From: a virus
Virus record (IMG/VR): IMGVR_UViG_3300033273_000392
Coordinates: 64,001-128,000 of that record
Length of the DNA: 64,000 bases
Strand: one strand, 5' to 3'
Under the pieces are notes generated by a model. The model did not search any database. It saw only the letters and a list, made by a program, of their open reading frames with translations, and was not told the origin of the DNA. The translations under genes were made by a program, and so were the position numbers. Below are positions 55,293 through 64,000 of the stretch, in pieces. Position 1 is the stretch's first letter; each line of letters begins with the position of its first letter.

Positions 55293-58200
55293 TTAGGTTA
55301 ATTCTACCCAATCGTCAGACGGTCTAAAATATAGAAGACTTTCTGAAGGCTTAATTAAATATCCGACAATTCTAACTATTTCTCCGCTTCCATTAGGAGC
55401 TGTTAATGTAAATTGCCCGGCAGTTGTTGAAAGATAAACTATATCGCCAGGCTGTCCTCCAGTAAGGCTGTTTCCTGCTTTTACAACTCCATCTAATACC
55501 ATTTCTTGAGAAGATGTAGCAGTAGTTGCAACCGCTAATAATCCACGAGCATTAGTCTCACTGTCTGCCCGTGCCGTACCCCAAGTTGCGTTTCCGCCCC
55601 CACTCTTAAATTGGTATAATTCCCCAGCAGTTACCGTAAAGTTAGCTGAAAAGTTATGTGCCGTTCTAGTTCCTGGATAAAATTGACCTGATGAAACAGT
55701 TCCTGTTTTATGAGTTTTAACCTTAATATCGTTAGCGTAAAAGTCAGTATTTACTGTCATCCCAAAAGAGTTAACAGTAATATCGGATTCAACAGTAGCA
55801 CTACTTCCACCATTAAAAGTTAATAATCCATCTAGGGTTGATCCTGTGAGGTTTAAAAGACCCTTTTCTCCTTTTTGACCCTTTGATCCAGAGGCACCAG
55901 CGGCACCTTGAGCTCCAGCGGCACCTTGAGCTCCAGCGGCACCTTGTGCTCCAGCTGCACCTTGTGCTCCAGCTGCACCTTGAGCACCTTGAGCACCTTG
56001 TGGTCCAGCAGGACCTTGAGCACCTTGAGGTCCAACTGCACCCTGGTTACCTTGAGCACCCTGTGGTCCAACGTTACCTTGAGCACCTTGAGGTCCAACT
56101 GCACCCTGGTTACCTTGAGCACCTTGTGGTCCAACGTTACCTTGAGCACCTTGAGGTCCAACTGCACCCTGGTTACCTTGAGCACCTTGAGGTCCAACTG
56201 CACCCTGGTTACCTTGAGCACCTTGTGGTCCAACGTTACCTTGAGCACCTTGAGGTCCAACTGCACCCTGGTTACCTTGAGCACCTTGTGGTCCAACGTT
56301 ACCTTGAGCACCTTGAGGTCCAACTGCACCCTGGTTACCTTGAGCACCCTGTGGTCCAACGTTACCTTGAGCACCTTGAGGTCCAACTGCACCCTGGTTA
56401 CCTTGAGCACCTTGTGGTCCAACGGCACCTTGGTTACCTTGAGCACCCTGTGGACCTAAGTCACCTTTAACACCTTGAGCACCTTGAGGTCCGACTGCCC
56501 CTTGGTTACCTTGAGCACCTTGAGGGCCTACATCACCTTTAATACCTTGACCACCTTGTGGACCTAAGTCACCTTTAACACCTTGAGCACCTTGAGGTCC
56601 GACTGCCCCTTGGTTACCTTGAGCACCTTGTGGCCCAACTGCCCCTTGGTTACCTTGAGCACCTTGAGGGCCTACATCACCTTTAATACCTTGACCACCT
56701 TGTGGTCCAACATTTCCTTGAGCACCTTGTGGCCCAACTGCCCCTTGGTTACCTTGAGCACCTTGAGGACCTAGATCACCTTTAATACCTTGATCTCCTT
56801 TTTGACCTTGGTCTCCTTTTTGACCTTGTGGACCCTGTGGACCTACATCACCTTTAATACCTTGGTCTCCTTTTTGCCCCTTGTCTCCTTTTGATCCAGT
56901 CGGGCCTTGAGCTCCTATAAGCTCATCTTCTATCATAAGTAGAAGCGCTGGGGTTCCATTAGAAGAAGATACCATACCGTTAGAGTTAACGAATGAGCCC
57001 TCGCCTTGAAGAAGGATATCTCCGCCATCAGATCTTGTGAAGTTAAGATAGCTTATATTCTTTGTAGTAACATTTACTTCTAAGCCTAATGCCTCTGTAA
57101 ATGTAGCTCCGGTGTAATCTGCAAATGAAGAATCACCGGTAATTACTACATCCTTACCTGCGCCTGAAGTTAACATTAATCCAGGATATTGGCTTTTAAA
57201 GTTAGCTTGATCCCATACAAACGTGCTAGCTACAATGTCTACGTTTCCTGCTGTAAATAGTTGATTTAGATCTTGCGCTATTATATTTGCAGAAAAAGTG
57301 TTATATTGAACCCCGCCGCCTGCATTGTATATTGTATCAGTATTAAAACCTGGCGAGTATGTTATTGAGTTAGTACCGTCTGAAATGCCAACGCTAGGAA
57401 GCTGTGCGGCGGCCTGTCCAACCTGTTTAAGAATAATCATTACATCTCCATTCACTGGTTGAGTAACCTTTCCTGAATAGTTTTCTGCATTAGGTAGATA
57501 TATTGAGGCAGTAACATGGTGGCTGCTAGTAGTTAAGTTAACCTCATTCCTTATTTCTGCAGAAGTTTTAGTTACACCAGCTCCAAGGGGAGCAAATATG
57601 TTAACATCATTAATAACTAAAGAGTCGCCTTCAACCATTCCTACGTTAACAGTGTCAGCCTGTATAACTGTTGGAATTGCATCTTTGAAATGTAAGAACA
57701 TTTCATTGTTTCCAAGAGATGGATTTGTTGTTAGCTCACCGTGTGATGAGGTTGATGCGTAATAAACATCTCCAATAGAACCTGTAAGTCTTTCAGGAGC
57801 CGTAAAGTCATCTATAATTTGATTGAACGGCTTTATGTAGGCTACCGTATCATTATACGTTTTGCTAACTACATAGCCTAACTTATATGCATTTGCTCCT
57901 GGCGAATTTATTGGTATTAGATCCCCACTAGAATCTATAGTTACAACATCTCCTACTTCAATAGTAGTCTGTGGTACATCAAACTTAAGTCTATAACTTT
58001 CGCTCTTCTCCTTTACCTGGAATCTAGCTTGTATCTTATCAATTGAGCCTACGTTAGCCTTAAAAAAGTAGTTGCTATTACCTGCAATTATCGCCTCTCC
58101 AGAATCAGATACCTCAAAGGCACAGATTCTATCACCAGCAGAAAGAACATTTGTTCTATATGTCTTGTGCACATATGCGTCGATATCTTCAACTACGAAT

Positions 58201-58508
58201 GTTATTTCATTCGCATTAGTATCAATCGATATTATCGACGTTATCTTTAGACAGATATTTCCAGTAGCGTCTGCAATCCAATCTCCGGTTTTAATATCAA
58301 GAACAGAGTACGTATATGCTTCTCTAGTAGCTGCGGACCCAGTGGTAACCGGCTTAAATCTAACTGTCATTCTAAACGATATAGGCACATTAAGCCCACT
58401 AGGGCCTAGGCCAGTATCGTCATCGTGTTCGTATCTCGAGACTATTAATATGGAGCCTATCTCTCCTTGTAAAAATAATACAGGTGTATCTGGATTGTAT
58501 ATTGCCAT
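55293..58508 (-). CDS. Collagen-like fibre protein 1
   Basis: About 117 uninterrupted G-X-Y triplets between globular domains. Confidence 0.85.
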   Translation of the reverse strand: MAIYNPDTPVLFLQGEIGSILIVSRYEHDDDTGLGPSGLNVPISFRMTVRFKPVTTGSAATREAYTYSVLDIKTGDWIADATGNICLKITSIISIDTNANEITFVVEDIDAYVHKTYRTNVLSAGDRICAFEVSDSGEAIIAGNSNYFFKANVGSIDKIQARFQVKEKSESYRLKFDVPQTTIEVGDVVTIDSSGDLIPINSPGANAYKLGYVVSKTYNDTVAYIKPFNQIIDDFTAPERLTGSIGDVYYASTSSHGELTTNPSLGNNEMFLHFKDAIPTVIQADTVNVGMVEGDSLVINDVNIFAPLGAGVTKTSAEIRNEVNLTTSSHHVTASIYLPNAENYSGKVTQPVNGDVMIILKQVGQAAAQLPSVGISDGTNSITYSPGFNTDTIYNAGGGVQYNTFSANIIAQDLNQLFTAGNVDIVASTFVWDQANFKSQYPGLMLTSGAGKDVVITGDSSFADYTGATFTEALGLEVNVTTKNISYLNFTRSDGGDILLQGEGSFVNSNGMVSSSNGTPALLLMIEDELIGAQGPTGSKGDKGQKGDQGIKGDVGPQGPQGQKGDQGQKGDQGIKGDLGPQGAQGNQGAVGPQGAQGNVGPQGGQGIKGDVGPQGAQGNQGAVGPQGAQGNQGAVGPQGAQGVKGDLGPQGGQGIKGDVGPQGAQGNQGAVGPQGAQGVKGDLGPQGAQGNQGAVGPQGAQGNQGAVGPQGAQGNVGPQGAQGNQGAVGPQGAQGNVGPQGAQGNQGAVGPQGAQGNVGPQGAQGNQGAVGPQGAQGNQGAVGPQGAQGNVGPQGAQGNQGAVGPQGAQGNVGPQGAQGNQGAVGPQGAQGPAGPQGAQGAQGAAGAQGAAGAQGAAGAQGAAGAQGAAGASGSKGQKGEKGLLNLTGSTLDGLLTFNGGSSATVESDITVNSFGMTVNTDFYANDIKVKTHKTGTVSSGQFYPGTRTAHNFSANFTVTAGELYQFKSGGGNATWGTARADSETNARGLLAVATTATSSQEMVLDGVVKAGNSLTGGQPGDIVYLSTTAGQFTLTAPNGSGEIVRIVGYLIKPSESLLYFRPSDDWVELT
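55863..56915. repeat. Collagen-coding tandem repeat (9/27/36/63-bp periodicities)
   Basis: Recurrent units encoding [27 protein letters not shown] and GxKGD. Confidence 0.9.
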
Positions 58509-58523
58509 CTATGTTAGTTGTCA

Positions 58524-61500
58524 TTAGAACGTGAATATGAGATACACGTGGGGGTCGACTCTATTTTGAAGAGGTGCTGAGTAGCTGTTTCCATACTTTA
58601 CAACACTTTGTTCAACTGGAATTGTCATGTCATATGAAGAGAAGTCAGCACTAAAGTTAGTTCCAGACCATTGTCCAGCAAGACCAGATCCACCTTCACT
58701 TGTAGACTGGTAGGTAAACGCTGTTTTAACAGTGTTGTATGTTATTTGCGCAATATCGTCATTATCAAAATGAGTTACCTTATATGTCATAGTCTTTGGA
58801 TCTAACGCATATGCAAATATAGAAATAGGTGGTCTAGATCTGTTAAATGATACGGTTACGTAGTGGCCAGAATTACCAGTACCTACTGTTTCAGAAACGA
58901 CAGTTGCTGTACCGGCTCCAGGGTTTACATATCCAGTAGCTGCAACAAAGGTGGAGTTACCGCTTATAAGTGCCTCGTTCTGATCATACTCAAGTCTTAG
59001 TAGGAACTGTTCAGACCCACCAACTCCAGTTGGGCCTAGTTCACCTTTTTGTCCCTTGACGCCTTGAGTACCCTGAGTACCTTGGTCACCCTGCGGACCG
59101 GTTACACCGATCTCACCTTTAGTTCCAGCTGCACCCTGAGATCCAACTGGTCCTTGTGGTCCTACTTCACCTTTATCACCGGTTGCTCCAACTTGACCTT
59201 GTAGCCCAACTGGACCTTGTGGTCCGATTGCACCCTGCGGTCCAACTACCGTAGAATCTGCTCCTTTATCACCCTTGTCTCCCTTGTCACCCTGTGGACC
59301 TTCAATAGAAATCGCACCTAGTGTTGTAATAACATAAGAGTAATCAGCGGTTCCTTCAGTATAAAACTTGATAGCATGGGACTGATTGTCAGGGTTATTT
59401 GCGTAGATCCTTACAATCATTCTGTCACCTGTATTCAAAGTGGTGTGTGGGAACTCAAAATCAAGATCCATTTCAACTGGAGTGGTGTTATTAGTGTCCC
59501 ATCCAATAGACTCTACTTCAGTAGTACCTAAACTATTAATTGTGCTTAAAGTTGAATCTGCGCGTAAAAGTTCTACATAAATCTGAACATTATCTGCCTC
59601 ATTAAGCTTAGTAAAGTGCAAGTGGAATCTCTGAATTCCGGCAGGTATAAAGTCATATTGATCTAGCTCTCCTGCATCTGTAATAAATTGTGCAACAAGA
59701 ACCTGACTTGAATTATTATTAATTGTTACATTTGTAATTTGCTGTGACGCCTGCGTTTGTGCATCATCTACTTCATAATACCCTGTTGGGCTTTGAGCAA
59801 CTGACGTATTTAAGTAGTAGATTCTACCTGTAGTTATACCGTCTTTACCAGTAGCTCCTTGTGGTCCAACATCTCCCTTTTCACCTTTATCTCCAGTAAT
59901 ACCCTGTAGTCCTTGTAAACCGACAGAACCCTGTGGGCCTTGTGGACCTGGAATTGTAGAAGGCTCTCCTTTATCGCCAACAAGTCCTTGTAAGCCGATA
60001 GGACCTTGTGGACCTGGAATTGTAGATGGCGCGCCAGTAGCTCCAACATTACCCTGTGCACCTTGAGGTCCAACATCTCCCTTATCTCCTTTAGGACCTG
60101 GAACTGATGAATCAAATCCTTTATTACCCTTTTGTCCAACTTGACCCTGTGCACCAACTTCACCTTTTTGACCCTTTTGTCCAACTAGACCTGCACCTCC
60201 CTGGGCTCCCACTTCACCTTTTTGACCCTGTGCTCCATGTGAACCAGTAGGACCTTGTGGTCCAAGTGGACCTTGTGGGCCTATATCTCCCTTAATACCC
60301 TGAGCACCTTGTAAACCAACAGAACCCTGTGGTCCAGTTGGACCCTGCGGTCCAGTTGGTCCGCCTGATCCTCTTAAAGAAGATGTTGTATAATCGCTTA
60401 TAGTTATAGTTCCACCTTCAGTAGAATGATCGGCCGGCGGGTCAACAGTAGAATCGCAGTAGTAGTATAGTGTTGCAGGTGCGCTTAACGGTACTACAAA
60501 TTCGATATAACCTCCAATACCGCCATATGCTCCGTTTAAGGTTACTCCATCAGTATATTCAGTTCCTCCATTATGTGTACCCCCATCAGTAGTTGAAAAC
60601 TTAAAGAAGTGATCGCGCATCGATGAATGATTTACATCAAATCTATACACTTGACCTCTAAAAAATTCTAAAGACGTATTTTCACCATTACCAACATAAA
60701 AAACAGAATCCCCTGAGCCGTTTGTACCTGTAGTGACCTTAAATCTACCTGAGTATGTGGGATCTCCAGTGCTACCTTGTGGTCCGGTCTCACCGGTACC
60801 GCCAGTTTCACCCGGCTCACCCTTCTGACCTTTACTCCCTCCAGGGCCCTGAGGACCTGTATCGCCAGTAACACTTAATCCTATATCACCCTTCTCTCCC
60901 TTTTCTCCAGTAGCCCCACTAGGACCTTGCGCTCCTTCTTGTCCAGTATCTCCCTTTAATCCTTGTAGACCTACGCCAATATCACCCTTCTCTCCGGTAG
61001 GACCCTGAGGACCTGCTACTGTAGAGTCGGCGCCCGTTGGACCTTGAGCGCCTTGGGCACCTGTTTCACCCTTCTCTCCTCTTTCTCCTTTTAGTCCCTG
61101 GGGCCCTTGTGGTCCTTCATCCCCTTTAAGCCCAGCTGAAGTATATGCGTCTAAAGAAAGAGATATGTTTTGATTTAGTGAAAACTTAGTAAGAACATTA
61201 TCAGAAGAAGAGTGAGAGCGATATGTTACTGTTATGTCGTAAACAACCGGAGTTTGACTGCCCGACATTACGTGATTAGTCATTTGCCATGAAACTATAT
61301 CGTATATGTAGTATTCATACGGTCTATCAACATCAGTAACTACCATGTAAACTCCTGAGCTCTGGCTTCCAGTCTGGAAGAGCTCGGTTAACACGTAATC
61401 CAAATACTCGTTTGTATATCCTCTAACGTCTTTAAAGTGAACCTGTATAGAAGTTACATTCCTAGGATCTGAAGATTCAAAACTTATTCTTCCAGGTACT

Positions 61501-62003
61501 GGGAAATCCCCATTAGTAGCACCAACTGCATATAAAGATGCTGGGGTTATGAATCTATCGTCTACTAATCCAAAAGATTTAGAAGATGCGCTAGGGGTAT
61601 ACAAAGAAACCACTGCTATAATTAGCTTTGGCATTGTCGTAGTTATAGTGCCGACAATATATCTTGATCTGACAAGTTCTACTTCTGCATGAACTGATCC
61701 TATTCTAAGATTCGAAGTGTCATTTTCGTCTAAAATAAACTGTATTAGTCCTTCTTCGCCATTTGCAGAGTTACCTATGAAAAGACTATCATTTCCAGGA
61801 GTACTAGCTTTAGAATATGTTTTAAAGTGAATGCCTTGGTCATCGTATAGGCGAACTATAACGTTATCGTAGTTAGATAAATCTACTTGATCGTTAATTA
61901 CGTCACGGTACATTACTATACCGAAAGTAGTCTGTGATCCCTGGCTAATATTCTGTACCTGAGATATGTATGCAAAGAAGTTTTCTTTTATAACGTATGG
62001 CAT
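58524..62003 (-). CDS. Collagen-like fibre protein 2 (three interrupted collagen segments)
   Basis: G-X-Y runs at about 60770-61135, 59835-60372 and 59020-59300, separated by globular domains; GATATATA at 62031-62038. Confidence 0.85.
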   Translation of the reverse strand: MPYVIKENFFAYISQVQNISQGSQTTFGIVMYRDVINDQVDLSNYDNVIVRLYDDQGIHFKTYSKASTPGNDSLFIGNSANGEEGLIQFILDENDTSNLRIGSVHAEVELVRSRYIVGTITTTMPKLIIAVVSLYTPSASSKSFGLVDDRFITPASLYAVGATNGDFPVPGRISFESSDPRNVTSIQVHFKDVRGYTNEYLDYVLTELFQTGSQSSGVYMVVTDVDRPYEYYIYDIVSWQMTNHVMSGSQTPVVYDITVTYRSHSSSDNVLTKFSLNQNISLSLDAYTSAGLKGDEGPQGPQGLKGERGEKGETGAQGAQGPTGADSTVAGPQGPTGEKGDIGVGLQGLKGDTGQEGAQGPSGATGEKGEKGDIGLSVTGDTGPQGPGGSKGQKGEPGETGGTGETGPQGSTGDPTYSGRFKVTTGTNGSGDSVFYVGNGENTSLEFFRGQVYRFDVNHSSMRDHFFKFSTTDGGTHNGGTEYTDGVTLNGAYGGIGGYIEFVVPLSAPATLYYYCDSTVDPPADHSTEGGTITISDYTTSSLRGSGGPTGPQGPTGPQGSVGLQGAQGIKGDIGPQGPLGPQGPTGSHGAQGQKGEVGAQGGAGLVGQKGQKGEVGAQGQVGQKGNKGFDSSVPGPKGDKGDVGPQGAQGNVGATGAPSTIPGPQGPIGLQGLVGDKGEPSTIPGPQGPQGSVGLQGLQGITGDKGEKGDVGPQGATGKDGITTGRIYYLNTSVAQSPTGYYEVDDAQTQASQQITNVTINNNSSQVLVAQFITDAGELDQYDFIPAGIQRFHLHFTKLNEADNVQIYVELLRADSTLSTINSLGTTEVESIGWDTNNTTPVEMDLDFEFPHTTLNTGDRMIVRIYANNPDNQSHAIKFYTEGTADYSYVITTLGAISIEGPQGDKGDKGDKGADSTVVGPQGAIGPQGPVGLQGQVGATGDKGEVGPQGPVGSQGAAGTKGEIGVTGPQGDQGTQGTQGVKGQKGELGPTGVGGSEQFLLRLEYDQNEALISGNSTFVAATGYVNPGAGTATVVSETVGTGNSGHYVTVSFNRSRPPISIFAYALDPKTMTYKVTHFDNDDIAQITYNTVKTAFTYQSTSEGGSGLAGQWSGTNFSADFSSYDMTIPVEQSVVKYGNSYSAPLQNRVDPHVYLIFTF

Positions 62004-62030
62004 TCCCCAAATTGTCTTTTTAGTTCTGTT

Positions 62031-62038
62031 TATATATC
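62031..62038 (-). promoter_or_regulatory. Late-type promoter motif GATATATA heading the collagen operon
   Basis: Intergenic, 27 nt upstream of ATG 62003. Confidence 0.6.
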
Positions 62039-62042
62039 AATA

Positions 62043-62741
62043 TCAGAAACCGTAATCTTTTCTAAGAGTATTAAACACATAACATCTAAGTATCGGTGTT
62101 AAAGTATTTAATGGGTACTCATGTCCGATTGTTAGCTTTAATAGTACTTTATCAGTGTCTGCATCTAGCAGCTCTTCTATTTTTGGTTTCACAGATTCTT
62201 CATTATAGTCTTCTGATGAAATATGATCCATCATAAACTCTCTCCAGCTACGTATGTACTTTCCTGGCTTTTTAAACGAAAATATGTCTAAAGTCCTATC
62301 TTCAGATACAACAAACAAAAACCCATCGTTTACAAGATGTGGTTTTTTATAGAAATAAGAATGAGATAGCTGTGATTCTAGGTCCTGCCAAAGAGAGCGC
62401 ACGAGTGAATGTAAGTCTTCAAATTTAGATAGAGCCTCGATATAGATCTTGTCTATAACATCGTCTCCGTCTACATCTATAACGGGAGTGCTATAAACTA
62501 ATTCTAGATCTTCCCATCCTAAATCTGCGTTTATACTAGTAAGCTCGTCTTCGCTAGATTTTATAGCATCGTACATATAAAGATAGTCAAGTGTTCTTTC
62601 TATTTCAGATAGAACACTTTCTAGGTTCCCCTGGCTAAGTTGCTCTTTTAAAGATGCAATCTTAGACATCAACTTATACGTCTTGTACTCTTCGTCAAGC
62701 GGGCCTTCTGCTAGCCAAGACGGTTTGACTATCTTCTTCAT
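62043..62741 (-). CDS. Hypothetical protein
   Basis: 232 aa; GATAAATA at 62746-62753. Confidence 0.6.
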   Translation of the reverse strand: MKKIVKPSWLAEGPLDEEYKTYKLMSKIASLKEQLSQGNLESVLSEIERTLDYLYMYDAIKSSEDELTSINADLGWEDLELVYSTPVIDVDGDDVIDKIYIEALSKFEDLHSLVRSLWQDLESQLSHSYFYKKPHLVNDGFLFVVSEDRTLDIFSFKKPGKYIRSWREFMMDHISSEDYNEESVKPKIEELLDADTDKVLLKLTIGHEYPLNTLTPILRCYVFNTLRKDYGF

Positions 62742-62781
62742 AAGGTATTTATCTTATGGACAAATACCTAAGAATTAAAAA

Positions 62782-63102
62782 TTACTTTTTCTTTTTTGTA
62801 CGGTCGATTTCAACTTCGACAACCTCGTCGATAGTCTCATCGTACTCGCTACCGGTAGTCAAGCCATACTGCAAGATAAACCAGCTAATTTCTTTTTCAG
62901 CGAGATTCTTACTCAAACCCAATTCTTCCATAATTAGGTTTACTCCCCAATCCATGAATTCTCTCTCAGTAGATCTAGTAGTCTTGTACTGCATGTACCA
63001 GTCTGGTGAATGCTTAACATCTTCATATTTGACACCATGTGGCTCTAGTTGCTTATCAACCAACTTTACAAATACCTCGCGCTGTTTATCTCGCTTATCC
63101 AT
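62782..63102 (-). CDS. Hypothetical protein
   Basis: 106 aa ORF. Confidence 0.6.
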   Translation of the reverse strand: MDKRDKQREVFVKLVDKQLEPHGVKYEDVKHSPDWYMQYKTTRSTEREFMDWGVNLIMEELGLSKNLAEKEISWFILQYGLTTGSEYDETIDEVVEVEIDRTKKKK

Positions 63103-63143
63103 TTTAATTAATTTACAATTTATACCCTGGTATTGGGAAATGT

Positions 63144-63821
63144 TTATGACTTTTTAATAATTTCGTCAATTATGCCATATTTAACGGCTTCTTCTGCGTT
63201 TAGCCAAAAATCTCGACTAGCATCTTTCTTTACAGTCTCTGGATCTTTATCACAGTAAGATCCGAGAAGAACAAATAGTTCATGGTTTACTTTTTGCCAT
63301 TCTTGCCAATCAATCTCCGCATCTTGAATATTACCATGAAATCCTCCAGAGGACTGGTGCAGCATTGTTGTAGAGTGGCGAAGAGACATTCTTTTTCCTT
63401 TAGTTCCAGCGCCCAACAAGACAGAACCCATAGAAGCCGCCATACCTGTGTTAATAGTTCTAATATCGCAGTTGACGTATTCCATAACATCAACCATAGA
63501 AAGCCCTGACTTTACGGATCCACCTGGTGAATCAATATGCATTGTGATATCTTCTCCGCTTGAGCTGTTCAAAAACATAAGTTGAGCCTGAACTACGGTA
63601 GACATAGCGTCATTTACAGGACCAGCAACCCAAAGCAATCTATCCATCATCAATCTTGAAAAGATATCAATTTGAGTTGCTCTTAGTTCTCTTTCTTCCA
63701 AAACATACGGAGTCATATTAGATTCAATATGCTTAGAATAAGCGTCGATAGTATTACCTCCTATATTAAATTCAGATTTAGCGTATCTGTTAAACTCTTT
63801 GTCTTTTGAGTAGTAATTCAT
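63144..63821 (-). CDS. clpP: ATP-dependent Clp protease proteolytic subunit (Bacteroidota-type N-terminus)
   Basis: 'MTPYVLEERE...DIFSRLMMDR', 'SPGGSV', 'GMAASMG', 'MLHQ', 'RDFWL..EEAVKYGIID'. Confidence 0.95.
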   Translation of the reverse strand: MNYYSKDKEFNRYAKSEFNIGGNTIDAYSKHIESNMTPYVLEERELRATQIDIFSRLMMDRLLWVAGPVNDAMSTVVQAQLMFLNSSSGEDITMHIDSPGGSVKSGLSMVDVMEYVNCDIRTINTGMAASMGSVLLGAGTKGKRMSLRHSTTMLHQSSGGFHGNIQDAEIDWQEWQKVNHELFVLLGSYCDKDPETVKKDASRDFWLNAEEAVKYGIIDEIIKKS

Positions 63822-64000
63822 GGTCTATCTAAGTATGTTTGTATTTGTTTAATTAGCTCGCATGTTTCGTATTCCTCTATCATAAGAAAGTACTCCATGG
63901 CTTTGCCTATGCTTTTGTAATAACCTTGTTCTGGAAGATGCATTTCATATTCCTTGCCGTCATTATCTACGAGTATTGCTAAAACGTCCTCTTCATAGTC
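63818..64000 (-). CDS. 5'-truncated protein with C-terminal UVR-like motif, coupled to clpP
   Basis: Manual translation ...KAMEYFLMIEEYETCELIKQIQTYLDRP*; ATGA overlap with clpP. Confidence 0.6.
   Translation of the reverse strand, partial: DYEEDVLAILVDNDGKEYEMHLPEQGYYKSIGKAMEYFLMIEEYETCELIKQIQTYLDRP

Noticed and set aside
55853-56774. Long alternative-frame and plus-strand ORFs (LKVTRVQLD, HLEHLEVQL, STLRSNCTL repeats)
   Set aside because: Shadows of the stop-poor collagen repeat; no independent start signals
55863-56915. Possible CRISPR array
   Set aside because: Repeats are contiguous multiples of 9 bp with no unique spacers and encode G-X-Y in frame; no cas genes
51798-62003. Giant eukaryotic virus (NCLDV) or eukaryotic origin of the contig because of collagen, LH and COLGALT-like genes
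   Set aside because: Same contig carries T4-like baseplate, spike and neck genes, bacterial bS21/ClpP/DnaK and overlapping operonic genes, and the same promoter motif precedes the collagen locus
1563-63509. Numerous 60-185 aa plus-strand ORFs in the track
   Set aside because: They lie antisense to well-supported minus-strand genes that tile the window
1-64000. Alternative genetic code (stop reassignment as in some jumbo phages)
   Set aside because: Conserved genes are full length and densely tiled under the standard code
1-64000. Mobile elements, introns, inteins, reverse transcriptase or DGR
   Set aside because: No transposase, homing endonuclease, intein or RT motifs recognised; conserved genes are uninterrupted

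Overview
A 64 kb segment of a large T4-like (contractile-tail) phage genome, with essentially all real genes on the minus strand in the standard genetic code. The host is probably Bacteroidota (Flavobacteriia-like): DnaK, ClpP, bS21 and a HAD phosphatase are Bacteroidota-type, and the gene leaders are A/T-rich without Shine-Dalgarno sequences. Layout by coordinate: baseplate, neck and tail module with an embedded amidoligase and an S1-domain protein (1-23.3 kb); nucleotide, repair and host-like genes (DinG helicase, dCMP deaminase, UvsE, 5'-nucleotidase, RNase HII, PhoH, bS21, DnaJ, DnaK; 23-45 kb); an early small-gene cluster (45-49 kb); and a collagen fibre locus followed by ClpP (51-64 kb). 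Two systems stand out. (1) A collagen-modification cassette: two large G-X-Y collagen proteins with Lys almost only in the Y position, a MAM-like protein, a GT4 glycosyltransferase, and one polypeptide fusing a COLGALT-like GT25 domain to a PLOD-like lysyl hydroxylase. This looks like an animal-type Lys to hydroxylysine to glycosyl-hydroxylysine pathway in a phage. (2) About 10 unrelated proteins share a leader, MK(Y/H)(I/L)Kx(F/Y)ExF(L/V)NE, that resembles the T4 capsid-targeting sequence. Their cargo domains include several ADP-ribosyltransferase folds, a GNAT, an ATP-grasp ligase and ParB-like domains, and one is an apparent protease-cleaved polyprotein. Two recurring promoter motifs, several terminators and a candidate small RNA are also visible. 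All calls come from motif recognition by eye; no database searches were run.
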